Positions 9,584 to 18,819 of a stretch of 64,000 nt of DNA are shown in pieces. Location of the stretch: positions 154,395 to 218,394 of the forward strand of contig CAZIDF010000005.1 in NCBI GenBank assembly GCA_964538085.1, written 5' to 3'. Numbering within the stretch: position 1 is the first letter of the stretch; every line of letters starts with the position of its first letter. Under the pieces are notes generated by a model. The model was not told the origin of the DNA. It worked only from the letters and a program-made list of their open reading frames with translations, and ran no database searches. The translations under genes and the position numbers were made by a program. The stretch is from an uncultured Eubacteriales bacterium (lineage in GTDB: Bacteria; Acidobacteriota; Aminicenantia; Aminicenantales; Aminicenantaceae).

Positions 9584-9923
9584 ATGATATCGGAGGGAGA
9601 GATACGGCTACACTTATCACGGATCCAGACACAAGGAATCTTAACGATTTGGGAAAAGACCTGCTAGCTTATGTTTTTGTCAAGGACGAGAAAATCTAAA
9701 AATGTTTGCTTATTTTCTTAGAGGAGAGGGTGGTGCTGGCTGTTGAGGAATCTAAGCAACGGCGAGATGCGAGATTCGCTGTAACTGCTGGAACCTTGCC
9801 CAGCCAGCCCAACAAGGCATTTTAAGTGTGCCAGAAAGGAGCCTAGGAGACAATCGCCTCAAAGGGTGATATGTGGGGTGATTTTTCTATATTTATCATC
9901 CCCTAAATCATCCCTAAAGGTGA

Positions 9924-12644
9924 TTGTCAATTTTTTTATCCCTTGTAATATTATTTTTGATGAAAAAACGTGTCCCGTCCAGAAAGCAACTTTCCACTGA
10001 CCTATATTTGCAGGAGTCTGAGGAAAAATATAGAAATTTGGTCGAAAAAGCAGGCGATGGGATTGCCATCATTCAAAATAAGAAATTCACATATGTCAAT
10101 CCTCGATTAGCTGAAATGCTCGGCTATCGTGTCAAAGACATTATCGATAAACCATTTACAGATTTTATACATCCGGATGAATTACCAAAGGTGGTGGATC
10201 GACACAAACGCCGTTTGGCAGGGGAGGAGGTGCCTTCTATCTATGAATCGGCCATCAAAGCCAAGGATGGCCACAAGATTCAAGTCGAGTTCAATGTCAG
10301 TCATAACGTGTATCTTGAAAAACCCACCACCTTTGTATTTGTCCGGAATATCACCGAACGGAAAAAAGAAGAAAAAATCCGGGCCTCGGTATACAGGATA
10401 TCCGAGGCTGCTTATTCAGCAGAAGATCTGCAGGAATTCTACCAGATCATCCATGATATCATTGCCGGACTCATGCCTGCTAAAGACAATTTTTACATCG
10501 CTCTTTATGATGAGAGTACGGATAGACTCTATTTTCCGTATTTTGTGGATGAAGAGGAGGAAAATCCTGGACCTCAAAAGTTAGGCAAAGGCCTGACTGA
10601 GTATGTTTTTCGAACCGGTCTTTCGCTTTTAGCCTCGCCCAAAGTGTTTGCTGACCTGCAGAAAAAAGGGGAAGTCAAATCGATCGGACCTCCATCGATC
10701 GATTGGTTAGGCGTTCCTCTCAAGATTGGTGGCAAAACCATCGGTGTTTTAACTCTCCAGAGCTATACGGAGGGAGTGAGATACACCGAGGAAGAAAAAG
10801 ATGTCCTGACGTTTATTGCCGAGCAAGTGGCTATGGCCATCGAACGCAAACAGACCACCCAAGCGTTGAGGAAAAGTGAAAAACAGATCCGGGCGTTGAT
10901 AGAGGCCATTCCTGCTTCCATATATTTCAAGGATACAGCGTGCAGGAACCTTGTGGTGAACAAGGCTTATGAAGAATTGGTCGGCAGAAGGCGGGAAGAA
11001 ATCATTGGAAAAACCGACAAGGAACTTTTGCCGAAAATGTTGGCAAATCATTGCAAAAAAAGCGATGAAAGAGTCTTAGAAACAGGAAAAGTATATCATG
11101 GGGAGGAAAAATATCTGAGCCAAAACGGAGAGATATCTTTCTTCGATACGATAAAATCTCCGATTCTTGATGAGTTTGGCGAGATTATCGGGCTTGTCGG
11201 TGTAAGCCAAGATATCACCTCACGCAAAAAAACGGAAGAAGCTTTAAAAACATCTCAAGAGCAATACAGAGATCTGGTGGAAAACGCCGGTATCGCTATT
11301 TTGATCGATGACAATGACGGGAATTTCCAATATGTGAACGAAAGATACGCTAAGCTTTTCGGATACTCTGAAGAGGAGATGAGAAAAAAATCCATTAGCG
11401 ATGTTGTTTTTTCCGGCGATTTGGATAGGGTCTTGGGGTATCACAAGAACCGCACTCAAGGTAAAAAGGCCCCTTCCCGGTATGAATTCAGAGGAATAAA
11501 AAAAGATGGCTCTTTGATCTATTTGGAGATCGATGCCAAAGCTATAAAAAAAGGAAAAAAAATTGTCGGGACTAGATGTTATCTATGGGATGTCACAGCA
11601 CGCAAAAAAGTAGAAAGAGCGCTGAAACAGAGCGAAGAAAAATACAAAACGATCGCAGAAAATATCGAGGTGGGAATATATCGAACTTCGTCTGGAGCCG
11701 AAGGCCATTTTATCGAGGCGAATCCAGCTTTCGTGAGGATGTTCGGCTACAAAGATAAGGAAGAGTTTTTAAAAGTCGATGTCTCCAAGTTCTATCTCAG
11801 TCCAGAGGGCAGGAAATCCTTCCAGAAAAAAATGCTGCGCGAAGGATTTGTGAAGAATGAGGAAGTGCTGTTGAAGAAAAAAGACGGAACACCCTTCTTG
11901 GGATCAATTTGCGCGGTAGCGGTGAAGGATGAAAAAGGAAGGATCAGATATTTTGATGGGATCGTTGAGGATATAACGGACCGTAAAGAAGCAGAAGAGA
12001 AACTGAAAACCTCCCTTGCGGAGAAAGAAGTCCTCCTGCGGGAGATCCATCACCGCGTGAAAAACAACCTCCAGATTATTTCCAGCCTTTTGAATCTGCA
12101 GTCCCGTCTCGTAGAAGATGAACCTGCCTTGGATATGTTTCATGAGAGCCGCAATCGTGTGCGTTCCATGGCCCTTGTTCATGAAAAACTCTACAGATCG
12201 GATGATTTGGCTGAGGTGGATTTTTGCGCATATATCCAGAGCTTGAGCCGTCATCTGTTCATGTCGTATGGAATCACTTCAACGGAAATCGATCTTGATG
12301 TGGATGTCAAAGATGTGTATTTGGATATCAACACATCTATCCCTTGTGGATTGATCATTAATGAGCTTGTCTCCAACTCTCTCAAACATGCATTTGCCGG
12401 AAAAGCGAAAGGGAAGATCCACGTGACCATGCGGCCTGAAAATAGCGGCAAATTCAAGCTGGTGATCAGCGACGATGGCGTGGGGTTGCCGAAAGATATG
12501 GATGTGACGCAAACCGAATCATTGGGTCTCCAGTTGGTCACGATGTTGGTCGAACAACTTCAGGGAAAGATGAGCATTGAGAACAAAAATGGCACCTCCT
12601 TTGAAATCGTTTTTGAAAAAATCGACTACCGTACCCGACATTGA
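9924..12644 (+). CDS. Multi-PAS/GAF sensor histidine kinase (HisKA_2/HWE-type with HATPase_c)
   Basis: A 906-aa protein with several PAS/PAC-like repeats and a GAF-like segment. The phosphoacceptor region (HHRVKNNLQIISSLLNLQSR) is typical of the HisKA_2 family. The C-terminal ATPase has N, G1 and G2 boxes (ELVSNSLKHAF...DDGVGLP). No cognate response regulator is adjacent. Confidence 0.8.
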   Translation: MSIFLSLVILFLMKKRVPSRKQLSTDLYLQESEEKYRNLVEKAGDGIAIIQNKKFTYVNPRLAEMLGYRVKDIIDKPFTDFIHPDELPKVVDRHKRRLAGEEVPSIYESAIKAKDGHKIQVEFNVSHNVYLEKPTTFVFVRNITERKKEEKIRASVYRISEAAYSAEDLQEFYQIIHDIIAGLMPAKDNFYIALYDESTDRLYFPYFVDEEEENPGPQKLGKGLTEYVFRTGLSLLASPKVFADLQKKGEVKSIGPPSIDWLGVPLKIGGKTIGVLTLQSYTEGVRYTEEEKDVLTFIAEQVAMAIERKQTTQALRKSEKQIRALIEAIPASIYFKDTACRNLVVNKAYEELVGRRREEIIGKTDKELLPKMLANHCKKSDERVLETGKVYHGEEKYLSQNGEISFFDTIKSPILDEFGEIIGLVGVSQDITSRKKTEEALKTSQEQYRDLVENAGIAILIDDNDGNFQYVNERYAKLFGYSEEEMRKKSISDVVFSGDLDRVLGYHKNRTQGKKAPSRYEFRGIKKDGSLIYLEIDAKAIKKGKKIVGTRCYLWDVTARKKVERALKQSEEKYKTIAENIEVGIYRTSSGAEGHFIEANPAFVRMFGYKDKEEFLKVDVSKFYLSPEGRKSFQKKMLREGFVKNEEVLLKKKDGTPFLGSICAVAVKDEKGRIRYFDGIVEDITDRKEAEEKLKTSLAEKEVLLREIHHRVKNNLQIISSLLNLQSRLVEDEPALDMFHESRNRVRSMALVHEKLYRSDDLAEVDFCAYIQSLSRHLFMSYGITSTEIDLDVDVKDVYLDINTSIPCGLIINELVSNSLKHAFAGKAKGKIHVTMRPENSGKFKLVISDDGVGLPKDMDVTQTESLGLQLVTMLVEQLQGKMSIENKNGTSFEIVFEKIDYRTRH

Positions 12645-12655
12645 TAAGATCAGGC

Positions 12656-12706
12656 TTTCATGGCTTTCATAATTACTTTAATTTTTGTAAAATCAAAGCC
12701 ATGAAA
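12656..12706 (+). terminator. Hairpin downstream of the histidine kinase gene (12-bp stem, AT-rich loop), possible terminator
   Basis: TTTCATGGCTTT at 12656-12667 pairs perfectly with AAAGCCATGAAA at 12695-12706. It is followed by A/T-rich sequence and lies 12 nt after the kinase stop codon. Confidence 0.3.
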
Positions 12707-12714
12707 ATTATAAA

Positions 12715-13827
12715 TTGAGAGCCATCATGATAGGCCAAACCTTGCGAGCCGATTACATAAATAGTCTTCGGAATAAAACTAGGCTATGGGAGAATGGTCT
12801 TGCGGAAATTTCCGCCGACCATTTCTTTTCTGGGCTTATTCCCACTCCTATCGCCAAAGGCTTCAGGAGCCGGGCGAAATATAAAATATTCGGCAATCCC
12901 GATAGCTTCAGCATAAAAGCCACCGACCCGATCCAGGGGGAAGTCCCCTATGGAAATTCTCTCTGGATGATGCCTTCATGGGGAAAAAAGCTGGTGGTCC
13001 AGATCATTGAAATCATTGCGGACAGATTAGCGAGTTTTTGGGTCGACGGTTTCGAGGTTCAACTTGCACACGGAAACAGATCCGCGCATGTCACATTGTC
13101 TGTCAAACGAGGGGAAAAGCGATCTTATACAGAACAGGCCGAGTTAATGCTCGACAAAATATCTTTTCTCGAGGGTGTTTCCATTCCCTCAAAAAAACAA
13201 AACTTCGGAAAACCTTATCTCCTGCACAAAATCAACGGAAAAGATTTCTATTGCCAATACTCTGCTTTTTTCCAATCCAATCTGAGTTTGACTTCGCAAC
13301 TAGTGGAGGAGATCGAAAAAAAATGCCGGAATTTGGGATTTGACAGAATTCTAGATTTGTATTGTGGGGTTGGCCTGTTCTCTTTGTCATTAGCGAACGA
13401 CAATACAACAGCCATAGGCGTGGATATCGATAAAAGAGCCATCGATAGTGCGAGGCTAAATGCTAAAAACCTGGGTCTTGGGCAGACTTATTTTACATGC
13501 TGCCCCGTCGAGAATTTTTTGCAGAATGCCTGTTTCGGTTCGAACGACCTTGTGATCATCGATCCTCCCCGTTCAGGCTGTCCCAGGTCGGTGATCGACA
13601 TCATTTCCCGGAATAAACCGAACTGTATTATCTCGATTTCTTGCAATCATCAAACGCACATCCGTGATCTCAAACAATGGATCGAGGATGGCTACGCGAT
13701 CCGATCCATCTCTGCCTTTGATATGTTCCCCTTTACTGAATTTTTAGAAACGGTCGCTTATTTACAAAGAAAAGTGAAACCTGGATCATTCATAAAAAAT
13801 ACCGATGCTTCTTATATTTCAGGCTAG
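12715..13827 (+). CDS. TrmA/RlmD-family RNA (uracil-5)-methyltransferase-like SAM-dependent methyltransferase
   Basis: Has SAM motif I (ILDLYCGVGLFSL), the DPPRSG motif (IIDPPRSGC) and the catalytic-Cys motif SCNHQT (close to SCNPAT of the m5U methyltransferases). It has no TRAM or Fe-S N-terminal domain. The N-terminal 180 aa are uncharacterised. Confidence 0.6.
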   Translation: MRAIMIGQTLRADYINSLRNKTRLWENGLAEISADHFFSGLIPTPIAKGFRSRAKYKIFGNPDSFSIKATDPIQGEVPYGNSLWMMPSWGKKLVVQIIEIIADRLASFWVDGFEVQLAHGNRSAHVTLSVKRGEKRSYTEQAELMLDKISFLEGVSIPSKKQNFGKPYLLHKINGKDFYCQYSAFFQSNLSLTSQLVEEIEKKCRNLGFDRILDLYCGVGLFSLSLANDNTTAIGVDIDKRAIDSARLNAKNLGLGQTYFTCCPVENFLQNACFGSNDLVIIDPPRSGCPRSVIDIISRNKPNCIISISCNHQTHIRDLKQWIEDGYAIRSISAFDMFPFTEFLETVAYLQRKVKPGSFIKNTDASYISG

Positions 13828-13885
13828 AATAAGTTGTAAGTACTCGATTTATTTTTTATAATCGTTAAACCAGGTTAGATTCCTC

Positions 13886-14905
13886 ATGAAAGGGAAAAAA
13901 AGAATTTACTTCTCCATCTCGATTTTTTTTGTTGTTTTTTTTATCGGGGTCATCGGATTCAAAATTATCGGTGGAGATAAATGGTCTCTTCTCGACAGCC
14001 TTTACATGACCGTGATCACATTGTCCACTGTCGGGTATGGAGAAGTCGTCGATCTCAGCGCAAATCCTGCAGCCAGAGTATTCGCCATCGTTTTTATCCT
14101 CCTCAGCCTGGGAACGATCGCATTTGCGGTGACTTCCTTAACCAGCTTTATCGTCGAGGGGGAGCTGAAAAACCTTCTAGGGAGACGAAGGATGGAAAAA
14201 GAAATTTCCAAACTGAAGGATCACTTCATCGTGTGTGGTTCGGATGAAACATCTCAGACAGTCATTCAGGAGCTTGTTTTGACTAAAAGACCCTTCGTGG
14301 TGGTCGAGGCGCTTCAGGAAAAGATCGAAAAGCTCTCCTCTTCGGAGAATATCCTGATCGTTCATGGCGACCCAACCGATGATAATGTTCTTATCCAGGC
14401 CGGCATCGAGAAAGCAAAGGGAATCATTCTGTCTTTGCCCAATGATGAGGCAAATCTTTTTGTCACGATAACGGCAAGAAGCCTCAACCCTCATATCCGG
14501 ATAGTTACGAAAGGGACCGATGTCAAATCCCATAAGAAGATGTTCAAGGCGGGATCAGACGCGGTGGTATCTCCAGAATTCATCGGAGGCATGAGGATGG
14601 TATCCGAGATGATACGCCCGGCTGTTGTGACGTTTCTGGATATGATGCTGAGGGAAAGAGAAGATGTGCTCCGATTCGAAGAATTCCAGGTCGATGAAGG
14701 CGCTTCTTTTATTGGAAAAACGATCGGGGAAGCCAACATCGATAAAGAGACCGGTTCCCTTTTGGTGGCTTTGCGGAGAAAAGGAAGCGATAAATATGAT
14801 TTTAATCCTTCAAAAGACACGAAGATTCAAACTGGTGATGTCCTCGTTCTGATTGCCACGGTAGATAGGGTCAATCAGATCGAAAAGGAAGCTGGCAAGT
14901 GTTAA
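13886..14905 (+). CDS. Potassium channel (2TM pore with TVGYGE filter) with RCK/TrkA-N and TrkA-C domains
   Basis: The selectivity filter LSTVGYGEVV lies between two transmembrane helices. A Rossmann-like RCK segment (HFIVCGSDETSQ) and a C-terminal TrkA-C-like domain follow. Confidence 0.8.
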   Translation: MKGKKRIYFSISIFFVVFFIGVIGFKIIGGDKWSLLDSLYMTVITLSTVGYGEVVDLSANPAARVFAIVFILLSLGTIAFAVTSLTSFIVEGELKNLLGRRRMEKEISKLKDHFIVCGSDETSQTVIQELVLTKRPFVVVEALQEKIEKLSSSENILIVHGDPTDDNVLIQAGIEKAKGIILSLPNDEANLFVTITARSLNPHIRIVTKGTDVKSHKKMFKAGSDAVVSPEFIGGMRMVSEMIRPAVVTFLDMMLREREDVLRFEEFQVDEGASFIGKTIGEANIDKETGSLLVALRRKGSDKYDFNPSKDTKIQTGDVLVLIATVDRVNQIEKEAGKC

Positions 14906-15963
14906 TCCTCATCCATGTCTTCTTCGATTTTTTCGGGTAGTTTTTCGACTTCATCCCCGCTGATTACTTCCAATTTATCCGAGAAACGATCCAGGCGCTT
15001 TTCGGCATCATCGAATTTTGTCCGCGCATGTCCAAGGTGGGATCCCAAAGTCTGAAAATCCTTACGGAACCTGTTCAAATCTCCTTGAAGCCTTGTGAGG
15101 CGCTGGAAGATTTCACGTGCGGATTTTTCGATCTGCAGTCCTTTAAGTCCCTGCACGATGACCTGCAAGTAGGCGTAGAAGGAGTTGGGGGAGACGGGGA
15201 TCACCCGTTTCTTGAGAGCTGTGGAAAAGATGCTCCGCTCCTCTCCCAGATTTTCGTCCTTGAGAATAGTTTCGTAATAGATGTTTTCGGCCGGTATATA
15301 CATCAGAGCGAAGTCATAGGTTCCCTCATCGGGAAGGATGTACTTTTTGGATATCTCACCGATGTGTTTTTTGACGTCGGTCACGAATTTTTTTCGGAGG
15401 TCTTCCTTTTCTTTCGGGTTTTCTTCGTTAGCGAATTTTTGGAAGTTTTCCAAAGGGAATTTGGCATCGATCGGGACTATGTTGTCGCCGATATGGATGA
15501 TTGCATCCACCATCTCTCCGCTTTTGAACTTGTGTTGGAGGTTGAAATACGCAGGAGGAAGGATCTGCCCCAGCAAATCTCCCAAAAAGAGCTCCCCGAA
15601 ACCACCGCGGAATTTGGGAGCCCGCAAGAGGTTTTCCAGGTTGGAGATGTTTTTGGCTTTTTCCAAAACCTCTCGGGTGATCACCTCCATTTTGCCTAAG
15701 TCCTTTTTGACATCGCCCAGAGTGCCGCCTATGTCCCCTGTGGTTTTTCGAAACTGACTGCTCATATTCTGGAGCTGTTGGTTGATGTTTTGGGTGAGCT
15801 GGCCGATCTGCTGTTGCATCAGTTCGAGGGACTTGTCTTGGGCTTGGTCTTTTTTGAGCCCGTCGATTTTAGATGCGGTGGCTCTCAAAGACCAGAGAAG
15901 CAAAAGCATAATGAGGACAACAACCGCTGTCAGGATGATGATGAGAAGAGTGGTATTTATCAT
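14902..15963 (-). CDS. rmuC: DNA recombination protein RmuC
   Basis: Has an N-terminal transmembrane helix and a long coiled coil, then the conserved RmuC C-terminal region (GEMVDAIIHIGDNIVPIDAKFPLENF). It overlaps the K+ channel gene by 4 nt in convergent orientation. Confidence 0.7.
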   Translation of the reverse strand: MINTTLLIIILTAVVVLIMLLLLWSLRATASKIDGLKKDQAQDKSLELMQQQIGQLTQNINQQLQNMSSQFRKTTGDIGGTLGDVKKDLGKMEVITREVLEKAKNISNLENLLRAPKFRGGFGELFLGDLLGQILPPAYFNLQHKFKSGEMVDAIIHIGDNIVPIDAKFPLENFQKFANEENPKEKEDLRKKFVTDVKKHIGEISKKYILPDEGTYDFALMYIPAENIYYETILKDENLGEERSIFSTALKKRVIPVSPNSFYAYLQVIVQGLKGLQIEKSAREIFQRLTRLQGDLNRFRKDFQTLGSHLGHARTKFDDAEKRLDRFSDKLEVISGDEVEKLPEKIEEDMDED

Positions 15964-16037
15964 GGATACTTTTCTTGTGAGTCATTATAAATTAATACAC
16001 AGGATCGCGCAAATTCTTAATTTGCGAGGGGCTAGAA

Positions 16038-16066
16038 TTGACAATACTTTGCGACTTTTCTAAACT
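16038..16066 (+). promoter_or_regulatory. Putative sigma70 promoter for tRNA-Lys (TTGACA - 17 nt - TAAACT)
   Basis: -35 TTGACA at 16038-16043, a 17-nt spacer, and -10 TAAACT at 16061-16066. The tRNA 5' end is at 16081. A perfect 8-bp hairpin (CGCAAATT-CTT-AATTTGCG, 16008-16026) sits 12 nt upstream. Confidence 0.4.
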
Positions 16067-16080
16067 AGGGGATACCAAAT

Positions 16081-16153
16081 GGCCCGTTAGCTCAACTGGT
16101 AGAGCAACAGACTCTTAATCTGTAGGTTGAAGGTTCGAGTCCTTCACGGGTCA
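16081..16153 (+). tRNA. tRNA-Lys (anticodon CUU)
   Basis: Manual cloverleaf: a 7-bp acceptor stem (GGCCCGT/ACGGGTC with one G-U pair), D-arm GCTC-AACTGGTA-GAGC, anticodon stem ACAGA/TCTGT with loop CTCTTAA (CTT), a 5-nt variable loop, and T-arm GAAGG-TTCGAGT-CCTTC. It is 73 nt long with no encoded CCA. Confidence 0.85.
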
Positions 16154-16352
16154 TTCCTTTTTTTCCCTATTTTTCAGCAACTTGCCTTGTTTATAGGTTT
16201 TAGCCTGAGTCAACTAAACTGAGTCATTTTAAGCGATTTTGTCCACACACAATCCACATTTATTGGAAATGGGAGAAACTATCAAAGCGCATTCATTTAA
16301 CTGTTATTATTTATTATGCTTTTTGAATATAATACAATGAAGGGGAAATTAA

Positions 16353-17513
16353 ATGAGAGTGTCAACCTTCATTTTAAGCGTTTTGTTTCTGAGCTTATCA
16401 TTGCTTGGACAAAAAATCCAAGAAGAAGCAACAGCCATTAATATTGAAATTCCAGTTCGTGTTTTTAAAGGAAACAATTTCATTGATGATCTCGATATTG
16501 AAGATTTTGAAGTCTACGAAGATGGGGTACAACAGAAGATAGAGGCCGTTTATCTCATGAAAAAAACGACGATCGAAAGAGAAACCACAGAAATGCAAAA
16601 GGAAGAAGCACGGAAACGATACGCTCCAAAGGTTTCCAGACATTTTGTCCTTCTGTTTGAAGTGACAGATTACCTTCCCAAGATGAAAGAGGCTATCGCT
16701 TTTTTTTTCCAAGAGGTTATCACCCCAGAAGACACCCTGACCGTAGTCACGCCGGTAAAAACCTACAGATTCAACAAAAAGGCCCTGGCTGATATGCCTA
16801 GAGAGAATATCTCCGCTCTGTTGACTGAGAAATTGAGAAAGGACATCACAACAGGATGCCGAGAATATCACAGCCTTTTAAGAGATTATAAAAGCCTGAT
16901 GTCTTCAAACTTTCCTCTTGACCAAAAGCTGTATTTGCTAAGGCAAAAGATCAGAGAGTTCCGGCAACTTAGGGATTTGGATGATAAAAAGATTTATGAC
17001 TTTGCCGCATATTTAAAAGATATATCGGGTCAAAAACATGTGTTTCTTTTTTACCAGAGGGAACTATTTCCCTATCCAGAAGTGCCTTTCGAGTCCTATG
17101 AATATCTTGAACTCATGAGTGAATTGGCGACCCTTATTCCTCAAAACATCGACAGGATAAAGCAGAGCTTCTCGGATTCCTCTATCGCGATTCATTTCCT
17201 TTACATCACCAAACCTCAAAAAGAGATCGCAGCAGAGTACGATTCCCGGCAACCTGGGGTAGTGTGGCAAGAAATATCCGAGGGAATATTCAATACATTC
17301 CAGCAAATGGCCCAATCCACCGGAGGGCTGACAGAATCCTCTGCCAATATCGCCTTTACCCTGGAAAAAGCTGCTGCTGCCTCGGAGAATTATTATCTTT
17401 TGTATTATTCCCCAAAAAATTATGTTGCCGATGGAAAATTTAGGAAGATAGAGGTGAAAATCAAGGACAAAAATTACAAGGTAACGCACCGCACAGGATA
17501 TATCGCTGATTGA
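16353..17513 (+). CDS. Secreted VWA-related protein (Acidobacteria-type 'VWFA-related domain', TIGR03436-like)
   Basis: Has a signal peptide (MRVSTFILSVLFLSLSLLGQ) and is about 386 aa. The C-terminal ending ...GKFRKIEVKIKDKNYKVTHRTGYIAD resembles the characteristic C-terminus of that family. The assignment is from memory of the family's features. Confidence 0.35.
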   Translation: MRVSTFILSVLFLSLSLLGQKIQEEATAINIEIPVRVFKGNNFIDDLDIEDFEVYEDGVQQKIEAVYLMKKTTIERETTEMQKEEARKRYAPKVSRHFVLLFEVTDYLPKMKEAIAFFFQEVITPEDTLTVVTPVKTYRFNKKALADMPRENISALLTEKLRKDITTGCREYHSLLRDYKSLMSSNFPLDQKLYLLRQKIREFRQLRDLDDKKIYDFAAYLKDISGQKHVFLFYQRELFPYPEVPFESYEYLELMSELATLIPQNIDRIKQSFSDSSIAIHFLYITKPQKEIAAEYDSRQPGVVWQEISEGIFNTFQQMAQSTGGLTESSANIAFTLEKAAAASENYYLLYYSPKNYVADGKFRKIEVKIKDKNYKVTHRTGYIAD

Positions 17514-17572
17514 TGGAAATTAGGGTCGGAGGATAGAGGTCACGAATGGGGTCAAAACGAAAAAGCCATACA

Positions 17573-17764
17573 TTATTTTTTCCGATCAGCATACAGTTCG
17601 CCAGCGACCATAAAATCTTTTGGTGAAAATTCTCTAATCCAGATCCGGATGGATGTCAGGGGAACGCCTAGCGAATCTCGGATGGCTTCTGTAACACCGT
17701 TCAATAGTGCCCTTTTTTGCTTTTCGGTTCGTCCCTTCAGCATGTGTATTTCTACAAGCGGCAT
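17573..17764 (-). CDS. 4-oxalocrotonate tautomerase family enzyme
   Basis: A 63-aa protein starting MPLVEIHMLKGRTEKQKRALLNGVTEAIRDSLGVP. The Pro-1 nucleophile and the beta-alpha-beta fold pattern are typical of the tautomerase superfamily. Confidence 0.7.
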   Translation of the reverse strand: MPLVEIHMLKGRTEKQKRALLNGVTEAIRDSLGVPLTSIRIWIREFSPKDFMVAGELYADRKK

Positions 17765-17831
17765 ATCGCCCTCCTTCTATTTTGTGATTATTATATATCA
17801 AAATCACCCCCTGATTCATCTCTAAGGGCGA

Positions 17832-18659
17832 TTGACGAGTCTTGGGAATGGGAGCATATTTTGGTGTGGAATGAAAAAGGGAGAAGCACAGGTTCAAGAT
17901 ATGTCAGGCCAAAAAACTATTAAAATATTGCTCGTCGAGGACGATCCTGTCGCCATTGCCATTCTCCAGTTTCGATTAAAAGCGAAAAAATACAATGTCA
18001 TCGTGGCAAATAAAGGGGAGGAGGGAATCGAACTTGCCCGTCAGCATCTACCGGACTTGATCCTGATGGACATGATTTTGCCGGGAATGCATGGGCTTGA
18101 AGCGACCATCCGTTTGAAAAAAGATCCGAAGACAAAGACCATCCCCATTTTTGCCCTCACAGCGATGGGTTCGTCCGAGTTCGTGGATGCCTGCTATCAG
18201 GACGGGATATGTGTTTTTATAAAAAAACCTTATGATTTTTCTGAACTACTGAAGCATATCCACCAATACACATCAGATGAAGATCAAAAAGAGAAGAAGG
18301 TGTTGGTCATCAATGACGATCCTGCTCTTGTGACCTTGATGGCCTCTTATTTGAAGGAATTCGGCTACTCGGTGATTTCAAGGCCTCCCCGGATGTTCGA
18401 TGTGAACCATGTACAGAAAATCGCTCCCGATGTCATATTGCTGGATATCGACCTGATAGAAGATTGGGGGATCACGATTTTTGATATTTTAAAGAAATCT
18501 AAGGGTACGAAATCCATTCCGGTCATTTTGATGGCTTCCCATTTGAATCCTGAAGAACTGAAAAAAGTCGCTGATCAACTTGGGGCAGAAGATTATGTCG
18601 CCCAACTTTTTGAATTTGCCGAAGTCGACCGAAAAATAAAAAAAGTTTCGATCAAATAG
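17832..18659 (+). CDS. Tandem receiver-domain (REC-REC) response regulator without an output domain
   Basis: Two CheY-like domains. The first is KILLVEDDP...DLILMDMILPGMHG...ALTA and the second is KVLVINDDP...DVILLDIDL. Both keep the acidic pocket and the phospho-Asp. The likely true start is the ATG at 17901 (MSGQKTIKILLVEDD) or at 17871. Confidence 0.7.
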   Translation: MTSLGNGSIFWCGMKKGEAQVQDMSGQKTIKILLVEDDPVAIAILQFRLKAKKYNVIVANKGEEGIELARQHLPDLILMDMILPGMHGLEATIRLKKDPKTKTIPIFALTAMGSSEFVDACYQDGICVFIKKPYDFSELLKHIHQYTSDEDQKEKKVLVINDDPALVTLMASYLKEFGYSVISRPPRMFDVNHVQKIAPDVILLDIDLIEDWGITIFDILKKSKGTKSIPVILMASHLNPEELKKVADQLGAEDYVAQLFEFAEVDRKIKKVSIK

Positions 18660-18819
18660 CTACACAGAAAAAATTTATTGCCTGTCCTTGCTCATTGTCA
18701 TCCCACGATTATATAATGATCTTGGATTATTAAAAAAAAATGCCGAATCAAGGATCATCTGTTCTCTGTATGGCTAATGGCGAGAGAGGAAGAAAATTGG
18801 ATTTTAGAGGGGAAAAATA

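Noticed and set aside
9700-9880. Possible SRP (4.5S) RNA because of a CCAGAAAGGAGCC segment
   Set aside because: The match to the conserved domain IV motif (GGAAG...AGCAGCC around a GNRA loop) is partial. No full-length helix could be built by eye. It is kept only as an unassigned structured-region candidate.
15028-15757. 223-aa and 139-aa plus-strand ORFs antisense to rmuC
   Set aside because: They are antisense to a well-supported RmuC CDS. They are rich in Phe/Leu/Val from reading the reverse complement of a Lys/Glu-rich coding strand. They are not credible.
16081-17000. Integrative element at the tRNA-Lys 3' end
   Set aside because: No integrase or recombinase gene is present, and no recognisable repeat of the tRNA 3' end was found downstream. 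Only the weaker 'variable region' interpretation is retained.
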